Of a stretch of DNA of 32,000 nt, positions 9,330-17,079 are shown one piece after another; positions within the stretch are counted from its first letter, which is position 1, and the number at the start of each line of letters is the position of its first letter. The stretch comes from Ktedonobacterales bacterium (GTDB taxonomy: Bacteria; Chloroflexota; Ktedonobacteria; Ktedonobacterales; JADMIN01): NCBI GenBank assembly GCA_030167145.1, contig CP126532.1, forward strand, positions 930,001 to 962,000, read 5' to 3'. Both the position numbers and the translations under genes were made by a program. Below the pieces are notes generated by a model. That model did not search any database and was not told where the DNA came from. It saw nothing but the letters and a program-made list of their open reading frames with translations.

Positions 9330-9355
9330 GGGCGTCCTCCGGACGCCCCTACGGG
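9330..9355. repeat. dispersed hairpin repeat GGGCGTCC-TCC-GGACGCCC-CTACGGG (copy 1)
   Basis: Perfect 8-bp stem immediately 3' of the stop of the 635-aa ORF (stop at 9349-9351). Near-identical copy at 23964-23989 in opposite orientation; a compensatory variant lies at 16868-16891. Confidence 0.8.
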
Positions 9356-11256
9356 TGGGGCGTCGCGGTGGGCGTGGCATGCGCGGGGACGAGCGGCAGG
9401 TGCGACGCGAGCGGCGTGAGCAGCAGCAGGCAGTACGCGGCGGCGGCGATGCCCAGCACGAGATAGATGCGGCGCGACCACGTGAAGTAGCGGTGGAAGC
9501 GTGCGGCTTCGGGGATGGGCTGCGCGCGCATGGCGGCGCGCTCCTCGGCGGTCAGCTCGTGGAGGGTGGCGAGGCGCTGGGTTAGCTCGTGCTCCTGCGC
9601 GTCGAACTGCTCGTGGCGCGAGCGCAGCACAAACAACTGGATGAAGACCAGGAAGTAGAGCGCATAGAGCGCGAAGGCCAGCCGCTGCACGGCGAGGCTT
9701 TGCGCGGGCTGGAGCAGCGCCGCCACCATCACGCCCAGCGCCAGTAGGATGCCGCGATACACGTTATCCACCAGATCCGAAGTGAGATCGGCGATGGCTT
9801 TGCCCACGCTGGCGACATAGGACGCGACGGCATCCAGCGCCTGCTGGCGCGCGGTGAAATACTGGTCGGTCTGATGCTTCAGATAGAGGCGGAAGGTGGC
9901 GTGGGCGGCGGGCAGCGCGCGGCGGGCGGCGCGCTCCACCTCGGCGAAGGCGATGCGCGTGCCAGCCGGAAACTCGCGTGCCAAACAGTCGCGGGCGATG
10001 TAGAGGCGGTCGGGCGCGGCGCTGGCGTAGGCCCAGGCGGCGAGGGCGGAGAGGACCTCACCCTCGGCCCCTTCCCCATGGTGAGAGGGGGGGACAGAGA
10101 AGCGGCCAGCAGTGGCCGATGTGGCCGATGTGGCCGATGTGGCCGCGGGGGCAGTTGCCGATTCTGCCGATTTTGGCGGTTGCGTGGGGGTGAATGACGG
10201 GATGTGGCCGGAGCTGGGGGGAGAATTTTCGCCGTTTTCGCCGCTGATCGTGGCATCATGTGGGAGGGTGAGCGTGCGGATAGGTGTGCCCGCGAAGCGT
10301 AGCAGCAGCGTGTCATCGCTGGCGCGCTGGACCGAGGTGGCGAGGTACATCGCCGCGAGCGATTCGCGCATCGCTGCCAGCGGGCGCGCGGTGGCATCTA
10401 GGCCAGGCGCGCGGGAGGTGAGCGCGAGATGCTCTGGCGTGAGGCTACACGCGGGGATGGTCCAGATGGATTCGGCGTCGCGCAGGTGGCGAATCTCGTC
10501 CGCGCGCTCCTGAAACTGCCGCCAGCCGTCGTGCGAAATCTCCAGCCAGTCGGGGGCGTCGGTCTGCGCGCCTATGACTTCGAGGGCAGGGCTGGCGAGG
10601 TAGCCGCTGGCGTCGCAGAGGACTATCACCGCGCGGCCACCTGGACGGGCGAGGCCCTGCTGCTCCCAGAAATCGAGTGCGGTGATGGTGAGGATGGGAT
10701 AGAGGGCGGACGACTGAAAGTAGACGGCGACAGTGGTGGCTGCCAGGGCATCGGGCGTGCCGAGGTGGCCGGGGCGGGTGGCGAGCAGTGCGCGGGCGGC
10801 GGCGATGGCGCGCGTCTTGGCGAGCGCTACACGGATGTTCACGCGCAGATCGCTGCCCTGGTTCGCCGCTGTGGCCTGGGCGTCGGCGACGAAGCGCGCG
10901 AAGGTGGCGGATGGCGCGGCATCGGCGCGTAGCGGCACAATCTCTTGTTCATCTTCCAGGCCCAGGCCAGTAAGCTGAAGGTCTAACTCCAGGTCCGCGC
11001 CGCAGAGCGCGAACCAGCGTTCAACTGTGTCGGGCGGCAGCGCGGCAAGCTGATCCAGTGGGATGCTGGCCTGCGCTTCGAGGCGGTCTATCGCCTCCAA
11101 ACTTGCCATGCGTTCGGCGTCAAGCCCACAGGCTGCGCCGATCTCGGTGACGGTCGCGCTATAGGCGCGCAGTGTTGCCAGCGGCTGCGCGTCCGCGTCG
11201 TCGTGCCGTGTGGCGGTCGCTGGAGTTGTCGTGCGCCGCGATTTCTGGCCGCTCAT
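9349..11256 (-). CDS. hypothetical 635-aa protein: large soluble N-terminal region plus C-terminal triple-TM anchor
   Basis: ATG 11256 is preceded by GGAGGTGA and overlaps the upstream stop (ATGA). Three hydrophobic segments near the C-terminus: ILLALGVMVAALL, LAFALYALYFLVFIQLFVL, IYLVLGIAAAAYCLLLL. A low-complexity insert (…ATSATSATSAT…) is encoded by a 9-bp tandem repeat. I recognise no catalytic motif. Confidence 0.75.
   Translation of the reverse strand: MSGQKSRRTTTPATATRHDDADAQPLATLRAYSATVTEIGAACGLDAERMASLEAIDRLEAQASIPLDQLAALPPDTVERWFALCGADLELDLQLTGLGLEDEQEIVPLRADAAPSATFARFVADAQATAANQGSDLRVNIRVALAKTRAIAAARALLATRPGHLGTPDALAATTVAVYFQSSALYPILTITALDFWEQQGLARPGGRAVIVLCDASGYLASPALEVIGAQTDAPDWLEISHDGWRQFQERADEIRHLRDAESIWTIPACSLTPEHLALTSRAPGLDATARPLAAMRESLAAMYLATSVQRASDDTLLLRFAGTPIRTLTLPHDATISGENGENSPPSSGHIPSFTPTQPPKSAESATAPAATSATSATSATAGRFSVPPSHHGEGAEGEVLSALAAWAYASAAPDRLYIARDCLAREFPAGTRIAFAEVERAARRALPAAHATFRLYLKHQTDQYFTARQQALDAVASYVASVGKAIADLTSDLVDNVYRGILLALGVMVAALLQPAQSLAVQRLAFALYALYFLVFIQLFVLRSRHEQFDAQEHELTQRLATLHELTAEERAAMRAQPIPEAARFHRYFTWSRRIYLVLGIAAAAYCLLLLTPLASHLPLVPAHATPTATPHP
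10112..10147. repeat. 9-bp tandem repeat GTGGCCGAT x3 plus one degenerate unit, inside the 635-aa ORF
   Basis: Read directly at 10112-10120, 10121-10129 and 10130-10138 (identical), then 10139-10147 GTGGCCGCG. It is in-frame and encodes an Ala/Thr/Ser repeat on the minus strand. Confidence 0.9.
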
Positions 11257-12398
11257 GCGCCGCTCACCTCCTTCAGCGTCAGCGACGACAGCACCAGTTC
11301 ATAGGTGTTGCCGGTCTTGCGGATATTTTTGGGGTCGAGTAGGGTGGTGAGCCGGTCGGCGCGGACCCGCAGCCGCGCGCCGCCGTCCAGTTCAAGCGTC
11401 ACGTAGTTCAGCAGCGGCGCGGCAATCGCGGCATCCACATCGAAGCGATCTACGCGGCCATCCAGCCCTTCGCTCAACGACCCGGCCAACTGTTCGACGA
11501 GGCTGGCGCGGAGCGCAGGCTGCGTGGGCAGTGCCAGCGCGGCGAACGGCGCGAGCACCACCTGCGGCGCGCTGAGCACGGCGCGGCGGGCGGCGTAGAA
11601 CTTGAATAGCTCTTCGGGGTTGAGCCGGTCGCGGTGGGCGTCGAGCCAGAGGTCGGTGAGATCGAGGAAGCCGCGTGTCAGGCGGCGCGGCGAGGGCGCA
11701 AGCGCGACGCCGAGGAAGCCTTTATAGAAGAACGCGGCAACCCCCTCAGCACGCGGGCCAGCCTGGTTATCCAGCAGCGTCACGTCGAATCCGCCGCTGG
11801 TGGCACTGGCGGTGATCAGAGCGCACTTTTGCAGTTGGCGGTCCTCCGGCAGCAGATTATCCGCGCGCTCGTAGACCACGCGCATCCGCCCGTCCACCGG
11901 AGCGAAGCGGCGGGCCAGCCGTGTCTGTGGGTCGAGCTTGAGCAGCGCCACATGCCGCTGTGCGTCGCCATCTTCGCGGTAGACCAGTGCGGCGAAGTCG
12001 CCAGCGGCGATGTTCTTGGGCTTCATGCGCGCGAAGAGGCGCTGGGCCAGGCCTTGCGAGGCGGTGACAAAGGAGGTGTCATCGTCCAGCAGGGCGCGGC
12101 ATGCCTGGGCTACCTCGCCATCGGTCTCGGCGAACGTGCCACACCAGTCGGCGCGGCTGGCGGTGGCGGCGATATAGGAGACGAAGAGCGGATGCGCCTC
12201 GGCGGAGAGCGTGGCAATCTCTTGCGATACCACGAGTTGCGGCGTCTGGTTATCGAGTTGGTGCTGGATGATGCGCTCGATCTGCACTGCGCCTGTCGCG
12301 CCGGGAATCGTCGCCGCTGGCGCGCTCTGCCCCACAGAGGCGGCTATCGCGCCACCGCCGCGCCCACCTCGTCCCTTCGCCAGTTGTGGGTTCGCCAT
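11253..12398 (-). CDS. NA37 (NdpA/YejK)-like nucleoid-associated-type DNA-binding protein, divergent
   Basis: 381 aa from ATG 12398, which has a very strong SD (GGCGAGGAGGGTGGAGGG). The ORF-track start at 12509 lacks one. Family-like landmarks: IERIIQHQL near the N-terminus, HVALLKLD, LQKCALI, AAFFYKGFLG. It has an RGG-rich N-terminal tail. The assignment is by eye only. Confidence 0.6.
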   Translation of the reverse strand: MANPQLAKGRGGRGGGAIAASVGQSAPAATIPGATGAVQIERIIQHQLDNQTPQLVVSQEIATLSAEAHPLFVSYIAATASRADWCGTFAETDGEVAQACRALLDDDTSFVTASQGLAQRLFARMKPKNIAAGDFAALVYREDGDAQRHVALLKLDPQTRLARRFAPVDGRMRVVYERADNLLPEDRQLQKCALITASATSGGFDVTLLDNQAGPRAEGVAAFFYKGFLGVALAPSPRRLTRGFLDLTDLWLDAHRDRLNPEELFKFYAARRAVLSAPQVVLAPFAALALPTQPALRASLVEQLAGSLSEGLDGRVDRFDVDAAIAAPLLNYVTLELDGGARLRVRADRLTTLLDPKNIRKTGNTYELVLSSLTLKEVSGA

Positions 12399-12593
12399 CC
12401 CTCCACCCTCCTCGCCACACCACGCCGCGCCTGCCTGATAGTGTATCATTCCGCACGCGATTGCGCTGGACGGCAATCCGGCGATGGGAGCAATGGGCAG
12501 GATTGGCATATGTTTTGCGACGCGGCGAGATGGACAAAAGTCACTAGCCAGTCTGTCTACACACTGGCACCTTCCCGTTACCTGTGGCGTAAC

Positions 12594-12664
12594 TCTCTAT
12601 AGCGAACCCGCACAGGCGGGTTTCGCGGCCGTAGGCCATCCAGGCGCGGTTTCAACCGCCCGCT
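12594..12664. repeat. structured intergenic repeat, copy A (inverted relative to copy at 16844-16936)
   Basis: The 21-bp core GCGCGGTTTCAACCGCCCGCT (12644-12664) is the exact reverse complement of 16844-16864. The adjacent hairpin module GAACCCGCACAGGCGGGTTTCGCGGCCGTAGG matches the reverse complement of 16885-16926 with a few mismatches and indels. Confidence 0.75.
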
Positions 12665-12965
12665 ATTCAGTGGGCTAGCACAAGAGCGCATTTCGTTACC
12701 TGCTCCGCGATGTCTCGTTTTTCGCTGTGAGGGACGCAAGAGAAGGCGTGTTTCACGGCGGGCGACGCGGTGTGAGAGGTGTGAGATTCCGGTGGAGTTT
12801 GGTGTCTGCGAGTATACGCTGGTCTTCCGGCGGGCAATCGAATATCGGGGCGCACGCGCCGCGAAACGAACATGGGAGGTCGCGCGGCCACATCTGGGCC
12901 AGCAGCGGCCCCACAGTACCGCGCGCAAGACGAAGCGGACGCCGGTGGCGCGCGAGGTGGCGCAG

Positions 12966-13178
12966 ATGCTAGTAGTGCCGGTCTATTCGACACTGGCGCT
13001 GGATCCACTTTCGTATGAGCATTTCCTGAAGGAGAGCGGCGTGCTGAGCGAGGCGCTGGCGCTGCTGGCGCGGCTGACGCTCAAGGATGCGGCGGCGGTG
13101 GAGACGACGCGGCGCCAGATTCACTCGCTGGTGATGGCCGCCGAGGTGCAGCACATCGTAGATCGCATGTCGGCGTAG
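12966..13178 (+). CDS. hypothetical small protein (70 aa)
   Basis: ATG 12966 lies within a longer ORF. G/C is strongly enriched at third codon positions, consistent with coding in this genome. No recognisable motif; convergent with hicB. Confidence 0.35.
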   Translation: MLVVPVYSTLALDPLSYEHFLKESGVLSEALALLARLTLKDAAAVETTRRQIHSLVMAAEVQHIVDRMSA

Positions 13179-13188
13179 GATAGTAAAG

Positions 13189-13410
13189 TTAGGCGCTGGC
13201 GGGCACATCGTGGTGTTGCGGCTCAGGCACGGGGCGGCCATCTTCGCGCGCAATCTCAATCCATTCTCCGATGATGACCTGGGCGTTGGCAATAGCTTCC
13301 GCAGGCGTCGCGCCATCGGCCATGCACCCTGGCAGCTCTGGCACTTCAGCGAGCCAGGCGTTATCTGGCTCGCTCCATGTCAGGATGATGCGGTACTTGT
13401 ACTCAGGCAT
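13189..13410 (-). CDS. hicB: HicB-family antitoxin (type II TA)
   Basis: 73 aa. YRIILTWSEPDNAWLAEVPELPGCMADGATPAEAIANAQVIIGEWIE is the HicB N-terminal (RNase H-like fold) signature. AGGGGG SD is present. The gene starts 20 nt after the hicA stop. Confidence 0.85.
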   Translation of the reverse strand: MPEYKYRIILTWSEPDNAWLAEVPELPGCMADGATPAEAIANAQVIIGEWIEIAREDGRPVPEPQHHDVPASA

Positions 13411-13430
13411 CGTGTACCCCCTAATTCTCT

Positions 13431-13727
13431 CTAGCTGATCTTCGTCTGGCCGTACTTCTGGAGCAGCTTGCGGATCTGCCGCACCTCAAAGGGTTTCGCT
13501 TTGCCATCGCGCAACGGTTGAATGTTGACGATTTCAGGTTGTCCCCGCTTGCGAAAGATGTGGTGATCGCCTCTGATGCTCTGGATGTAGCCCAATCGCG
13601 CAAGCAATCCGCACAGGCCATCAAACGGGATATTCGCATCGGCCTTGCCGCTCAGCACCTGACGTAGCAGCTTCTCCCATTGTGCCACCTGCGCCTCACT
13701 TTCCGCATGCCCCACCGAACATCGCAT
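13431..13727 (-). CDS. hicA: HicA-family mRNA interferase toxin (type II TA)
   Basis: W-KLLRQVLSGKADANIPFDGLCGLLARLGYIQSIRGDHHIF...KAKPFEVRQIRKLL matches the HicA/YcfA pattern, including the conserved G-(S/D)-H-H. The start is uncertain (ATG 13727 or the upstream 13796). Confidence 0.8.
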   Translation of the reverse strand: MRCSVGHAESEAQVAQWEKLLRQVLSGKADANIPFDGLCGLLARLGYIQSIRGDHHIFRKRGQPEIVNIQPLRDGKAKPFEVRQIRKLLQKYGQTKIS

Positions 13728-13823
13728 TGGGTTCAGCCTACACGTTGATTGGAGTGCTCTGACCCCTAGGAATAGATAGCCTATTATCCCCGGCAACGGC
13801 CCACCATCGCCCGCCTACCGCCG

Positions 13824-16481
13824 CTACTCCACATCGCACCCCAGCCGCCGCGCCGTCTCCCGCGCCTGCGCCTCATCCGGCACGCCCATCGCGTGGTAGA
13901 TCGCGATAGCCTGTTGCAACAGCGCGCACCCCTCGTCACGATTGCCCCGATGAAGAATGAGCAGCTCCCCGCAGGACATTGCTACTCCTGCGTAGTTCGC
14001 TGCATCCTGTACCTCATTCAAGACGATTAGCCCTTGCCGGTAATAAGCTTCTGCTTCCTCCCATTGCTCCCGCGCTTTCGCAATGACTCCAAGCTGTGCA
14101 AGAACCATACCCTCACCTTGCCGACTCTGCACTTCACGGGCTATCACCAGGCTTTCTTGAAAGTAGCGTTCGGCGTCGTTGAACTGGCCCCGCCTTAGCG
14201 CAATCTGGCCCAGGCCAGACAGCATGACGCCTTCACCGTGCTGGTCCTGTGCCTCGCGGCGAATCGTCAGGCTTTGCTGAAAGTAGATTTCCGCCGCATC
14301 TAATCGCCCCTGGTGTTGGACGAGAGAACCCAACTTGCCCAGCGCCACGCCTTCCTCGCGGGTAGCTCCTATATCCTGCATGATACGGAGATACCGCTCA
14401 AAATTGGCTTGCGCGCCTGCCAGATCGCCGCGCAGCCTCAGGATGTCGCCCAGGATGCCCAGTGCCACCCCTTCACTACGCAGGTCATGTTCCTCACGCC
14501 AGGTGGTCAAGCTTTGATTGATGTACTCCTCGGCAAGGGGCACTTTCCCTGCGACCAGTAATGCGGTCGCATAGGCAAGCTGGAGACGCGCAGTGAACAG
14601 GTCATTATCCCGCTGACCAGTAGCAATGGCGATCCGCTCGGCGGCGTCGATACCCCAGGGCAGGCAGCGCAGACTGTTATAGGTGCGCCAGCGGTCGCGC
14701 CAGTAGTTCCGCATGCCCATACAGAGGCGCGCGACCAGCCTATCGCGGGCATCGTCCGGCGCGGAGGCGTGTGCCCAGTCGAGCATGCCCGCGATGTTCT
14801 CGGCATCGGGCGCTTTCGCTGCGTCGGGGGTGGCGATGGCATAGTCGGCGTAGAAGGCGGCGAGGGCAAGGGCGGCGGCAGCGGCGGTAGCGTCGTCAGT
14901 CATATTGGCGGCCAGGGCGCGCAGCAGCGGATGCAGGCGCAGACGTTCGCGGTCGCTGCCCTCTGGCGTCGTGGTGTCGAGCGATGTGTCGAGCAGGGCG
15001 CGGCGCACCAGCAGGTCTACGGCGTCCTCCGGCGGCGCAATGCCTAGGCCAGCGGCGATGGCGATGGCGGCGTTACGGCCGAATTCGGGCGTCGGAACGA
15101 CGGCGAGCGCGGCGAAGAGTCGGCGGGCGTCGGTGGGTAGTGTGCGGATACTACGCAAGAGCGATTCCTCCACAGCGCGCTGGCCATCTGATCCGGTGAT
15201 GCGTAGCGGTTGTGTCTCTAGCTCGGCGGCGAACTTCGCAAGGTCGCGCTTCAGGTCGGCGGCCTCGGCAGCGGCCAGGCGCACCGCCAGCGTGTGGCGG
15301 TCCAGCGCGGTGATGATGCGCTCGACGGCGGCGCGGTCGGTGGGGGAGAAGGCGTTGGCGGAGGCGAGGCCATAGGCGCTGGCGAAGAGGTCGCGGGCGT
15401 CGCTTTCGGGCAGCAACGCCAGCTCGCGGCGGGCGTCTGGCGCGACGGGTAGCCCATGGCGCGCGGTCAGCAGCACCGGCACGCCGGTCTCGCGCAGCGG
15501 GGCGAGCAGCGCGTTGGCGTCGAGTTCCGGCTCGACGTTGTCGAAGACGAGCAGCGCATCTTTGCCGCGCAGCAGCCGTAGCGCGGCGGTGGCAAGCTGC
15601 GGCGCGGTGGCGGAATCGGGCAGGATATCGGCGCTGGCCCCTGGCGGCACGAAACGCAGCAGCGCGTCGCGCAGCACGGCCAGCGCATCGGACTTGCCCA
15701 GGCAGTCGGCGACGACGACGCCATCATGGAAACGGCCTTCGTCATAGAGGCGGCGCACGGCGACGCCCGCCAGCGCGCTCTTGCCGATGCCGCCCAGCCC
15801 CGACACCGCCGTGATGGCGGTGACGGAGCCGCCACCGGCGCGGAGCCGCGCCATCGCCCAGGCCAGGTCGTCCACGCGCCCCACGAAGCGTTCGGGGTTG
15901 GGCAGCGCGGCGAAGTCCAGTGGCGGGCCGAGCGCGATGGTGGCGGGGCGCTCGTCGGTCTTGCCCCGGCGGATGGCAGCGAGCAGGTCGGTGTAGGCGC
16001 GGCGGTCGGTGCGCGCGTCGTTGCCAGGGAGATAGGTGATGTACTGGATCAGGCCAAGCAGTTTGGACACATCGCAGGTCTGGCGCAGCACAGGGATGAT
16101 CACCATCGGTTCGGCGCGAGTACGGTCATTCTTCTCCTGAATGGCGAGGCGTATCTCCTCCTGCACCCACGGCGAGGCGACGGCATCTGGCGTCAGCAGC
16201 ACCACGACGACGTTGCGCGCGGCGATCTCGCGCACGATCTGATCCATCCAGTAGTCGCCCGCCACCAACCCGCCGGTCCACGTCTGCTCCCCCGGCTGCG
16301 GCGGACGGCCCAGCACGTCGTACCAGACCGCGCCGGGGCGGCCCACTTCGGCAGCGAGGCAGTGGGCCAGGGCGATGCCGAAGTCGTTGTCGCGCTCGCT
16401 GTGACTGATGAAGACGCGGGGAATGAAGCGCGCGGGCCGTGTCTGGATGGCGGTGGTCGTAGAGGTGGCAGGGGTGGTCAT
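13824..16481 (-). CDS. TIR - NB-ARC (STAND NTPase) - TPR protein, 885 aa
   Basis: N-terminal TIR: VFISHSERDNDFG...VVVLLTPDAVASPWVQEEIRLAI. NB-ARC: P-loop GLGGIGKSALAG, Walker B ALLVFDNVE, RNBS-B-like VLLTARH. The C-terminus carries about five ~40-aa TPR-like repeats (GVALGxLGxxxxxxGxxxxAxxYFQQSLxIxRE). Confidence 0.88.
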   Translation of the reverse strand: MTTPATSTTTAIQTRPARFIPRVFISHSERDNDFGIALAHCLAAEVGRPGAVWYDVLGRPPQPGEQTWTGGLVAGDYWMDQIVREIAARNVVVVLLTPDAVASPWVQEEIRLAIQEKNDRTRAEPMVIIPVLRQTCDVSKLLGLIQYITYLPGNDARTDRRAYTDLLAAIRRGKTDERPATIALGPPLDFAALPNPERFVGRVDDLAWAMARLRAGGGSVTAITAVSGLGGIGKSALAGVAVRRLYDEGRFHDGVVVADCLGKSDALAVLRDALLRFVPPGASADILPDSATAPQLATAALRLLRGKDALLVFDNVEPELDANALLAPLRETGVPVLLTARHGLPVAPDARRELALLPESDARDLFASAYGLASANAFSPTDRAAVERIITALDRHTLAVRLAAAEAADLKRDLAKFAAELETQPLRITGSDGQRAVEESLLRSIRTLPTDARRLFAALAVVPTPEFGRNAAIAIAAGLGIAPPEDAVDLLVRRALLDTSLDTTTPEGSDRERLRLHPLLRALAANMTDDATAAAAALALAAFYADYAIATPDAAKAPDAENIAGMLDWAHASAPDDARDRLVARLCMGMRNYWRDRWRTYNSLRCLPWGIDAAERIAIATGQRDNDLFTARLQLAYATALLVAGKVPLAEEYINQSLTTWREEHDLRSEGVALGILGDILRLRGDLAGAQANFERYLRIMQDIGATREEGVALGKLGSLVQHQGRLDAAEIYFQQSLTIRREAQDQHGEGVMLSGLGQIALRRGQFNDAERYFQESLVIAREVQSRQGEGMVLAQLGVIAKAREQWEEAEAYYRQGLIVLNEVQDAANYAGVAMSCGELLILHRGNRDEGCALLQQAIAIYHAMGVPDEAQARETARRLGCDVE

Positions 16482-16843
16482 CGGCGGCCCTCGCTCTCGT
16501 CAATTGTGGGATGGACCTAACCCCCGGCCTCTTCCCTACGAGGGAAGTGGAGGCAGAGGCCAGCGGGACGCTGGCGGTACAACCAGCAACGTCTATCGCA
16601 CGGTCGCCCGATCCAGTGAGCGCCAGTATAGCAGCAATCGAGTCCGACAGCAAGGAGCATGTGGAATGCGCGCGGCGGGCGGGATGGGTGGCGTGGGCCG
16701 CTTCTCAGCATGAATGCTCACACACAATACAGTGGAGATGTTCCTGTTCCGAATCCGCGACGGCGGGTTTGGTGGCCGCTGGCCCTCAGGCACGGTTTAT
16801 GTACCTTTACAATTTAGGAGGGACGGCGCTCATGGCCGAGCGA

Positions 16844-16936
16844 AGCGGGCGGTTGAAACCGCGCGACGGGCGCACGCCGTGCGCCCCTACGATGGCGTGC
16901 CGCCACGAAAACCGCCGTCGCGGGTTAAGCAGAGAG
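16844..16936. repeat. structured intergenic repeat, copy B (inverted relative to 12594-12664), with embedded GGGCGCAC-GCC-GTGCGCCC-CTACG hairpin
   Basis: See copy A. The hairpin module at 16868-16891 has the same architecture as 9330-9355 and 23964-23989 but with compensatory stem changes. Confidence 0.75.
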
Positions 16937-16953
16937 CCATATTTGAAATCGGC

Positions 16954-16979
16954 CCTACCTCAAGAAGCAGGATAGCGCC
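16954..16979. repeat. 26-bp dispersed repeat CCTACCTCAAGAAGCAGGATAGCGCC (second copy 18518-18543, 2 mismatches)
   Basis: Direct comparison of the two stretches. Both are in the same orientation and both lie upstream of plus-strand genes. Confidence 0.8.
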
Positions 16980-17079
16980 ATCACGTGCCTCCGGTCACAC
17001 ATCGCCGTTGCGTTTCGTCATAGCGTTGGATGTCATTCAACACAGTGAGAGACAACACAGCGAGAGAAGGGAAACTACC

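Noticed and set aside
10112-10147. Possible CRISPR-like or other repeat array (also 29907-29951 and 26632-26688)
   Set aside because: The units are contiguous tandem repeats of 9 or 20 bp with no spacers. Two of the three lie inside coding sequence, where they encode low-complexity peptide. No cas genes are present. These are not CRISPR arrays.
12510-12600. Extended N-terminus (from 12509) of the NA37-like ORF
   Set aside because: The upstream 37 codons lack an SD and run into the promoter/repeat region. The internal ATG at 12398 has an exceptionally strong SD, so the shorter model is preferred.
11634-12602. 322-aa plus-strand ORF
   Set aside because: It is antisense to the NA37-like gene, which has the strong SD and family-like motifs.
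16832-16975. 47-aa ORF with an apparently good SD (TAGGAGGG, ATG at 16832) lying inside the structured repeat
   Set aside because: The reading frame is not preserved in the other copy of the repeat (12594-12664), which differs by indels. The sequence is better explained as hairpin modules. The encoded peptide is Arg-rich read-through of palindromes.
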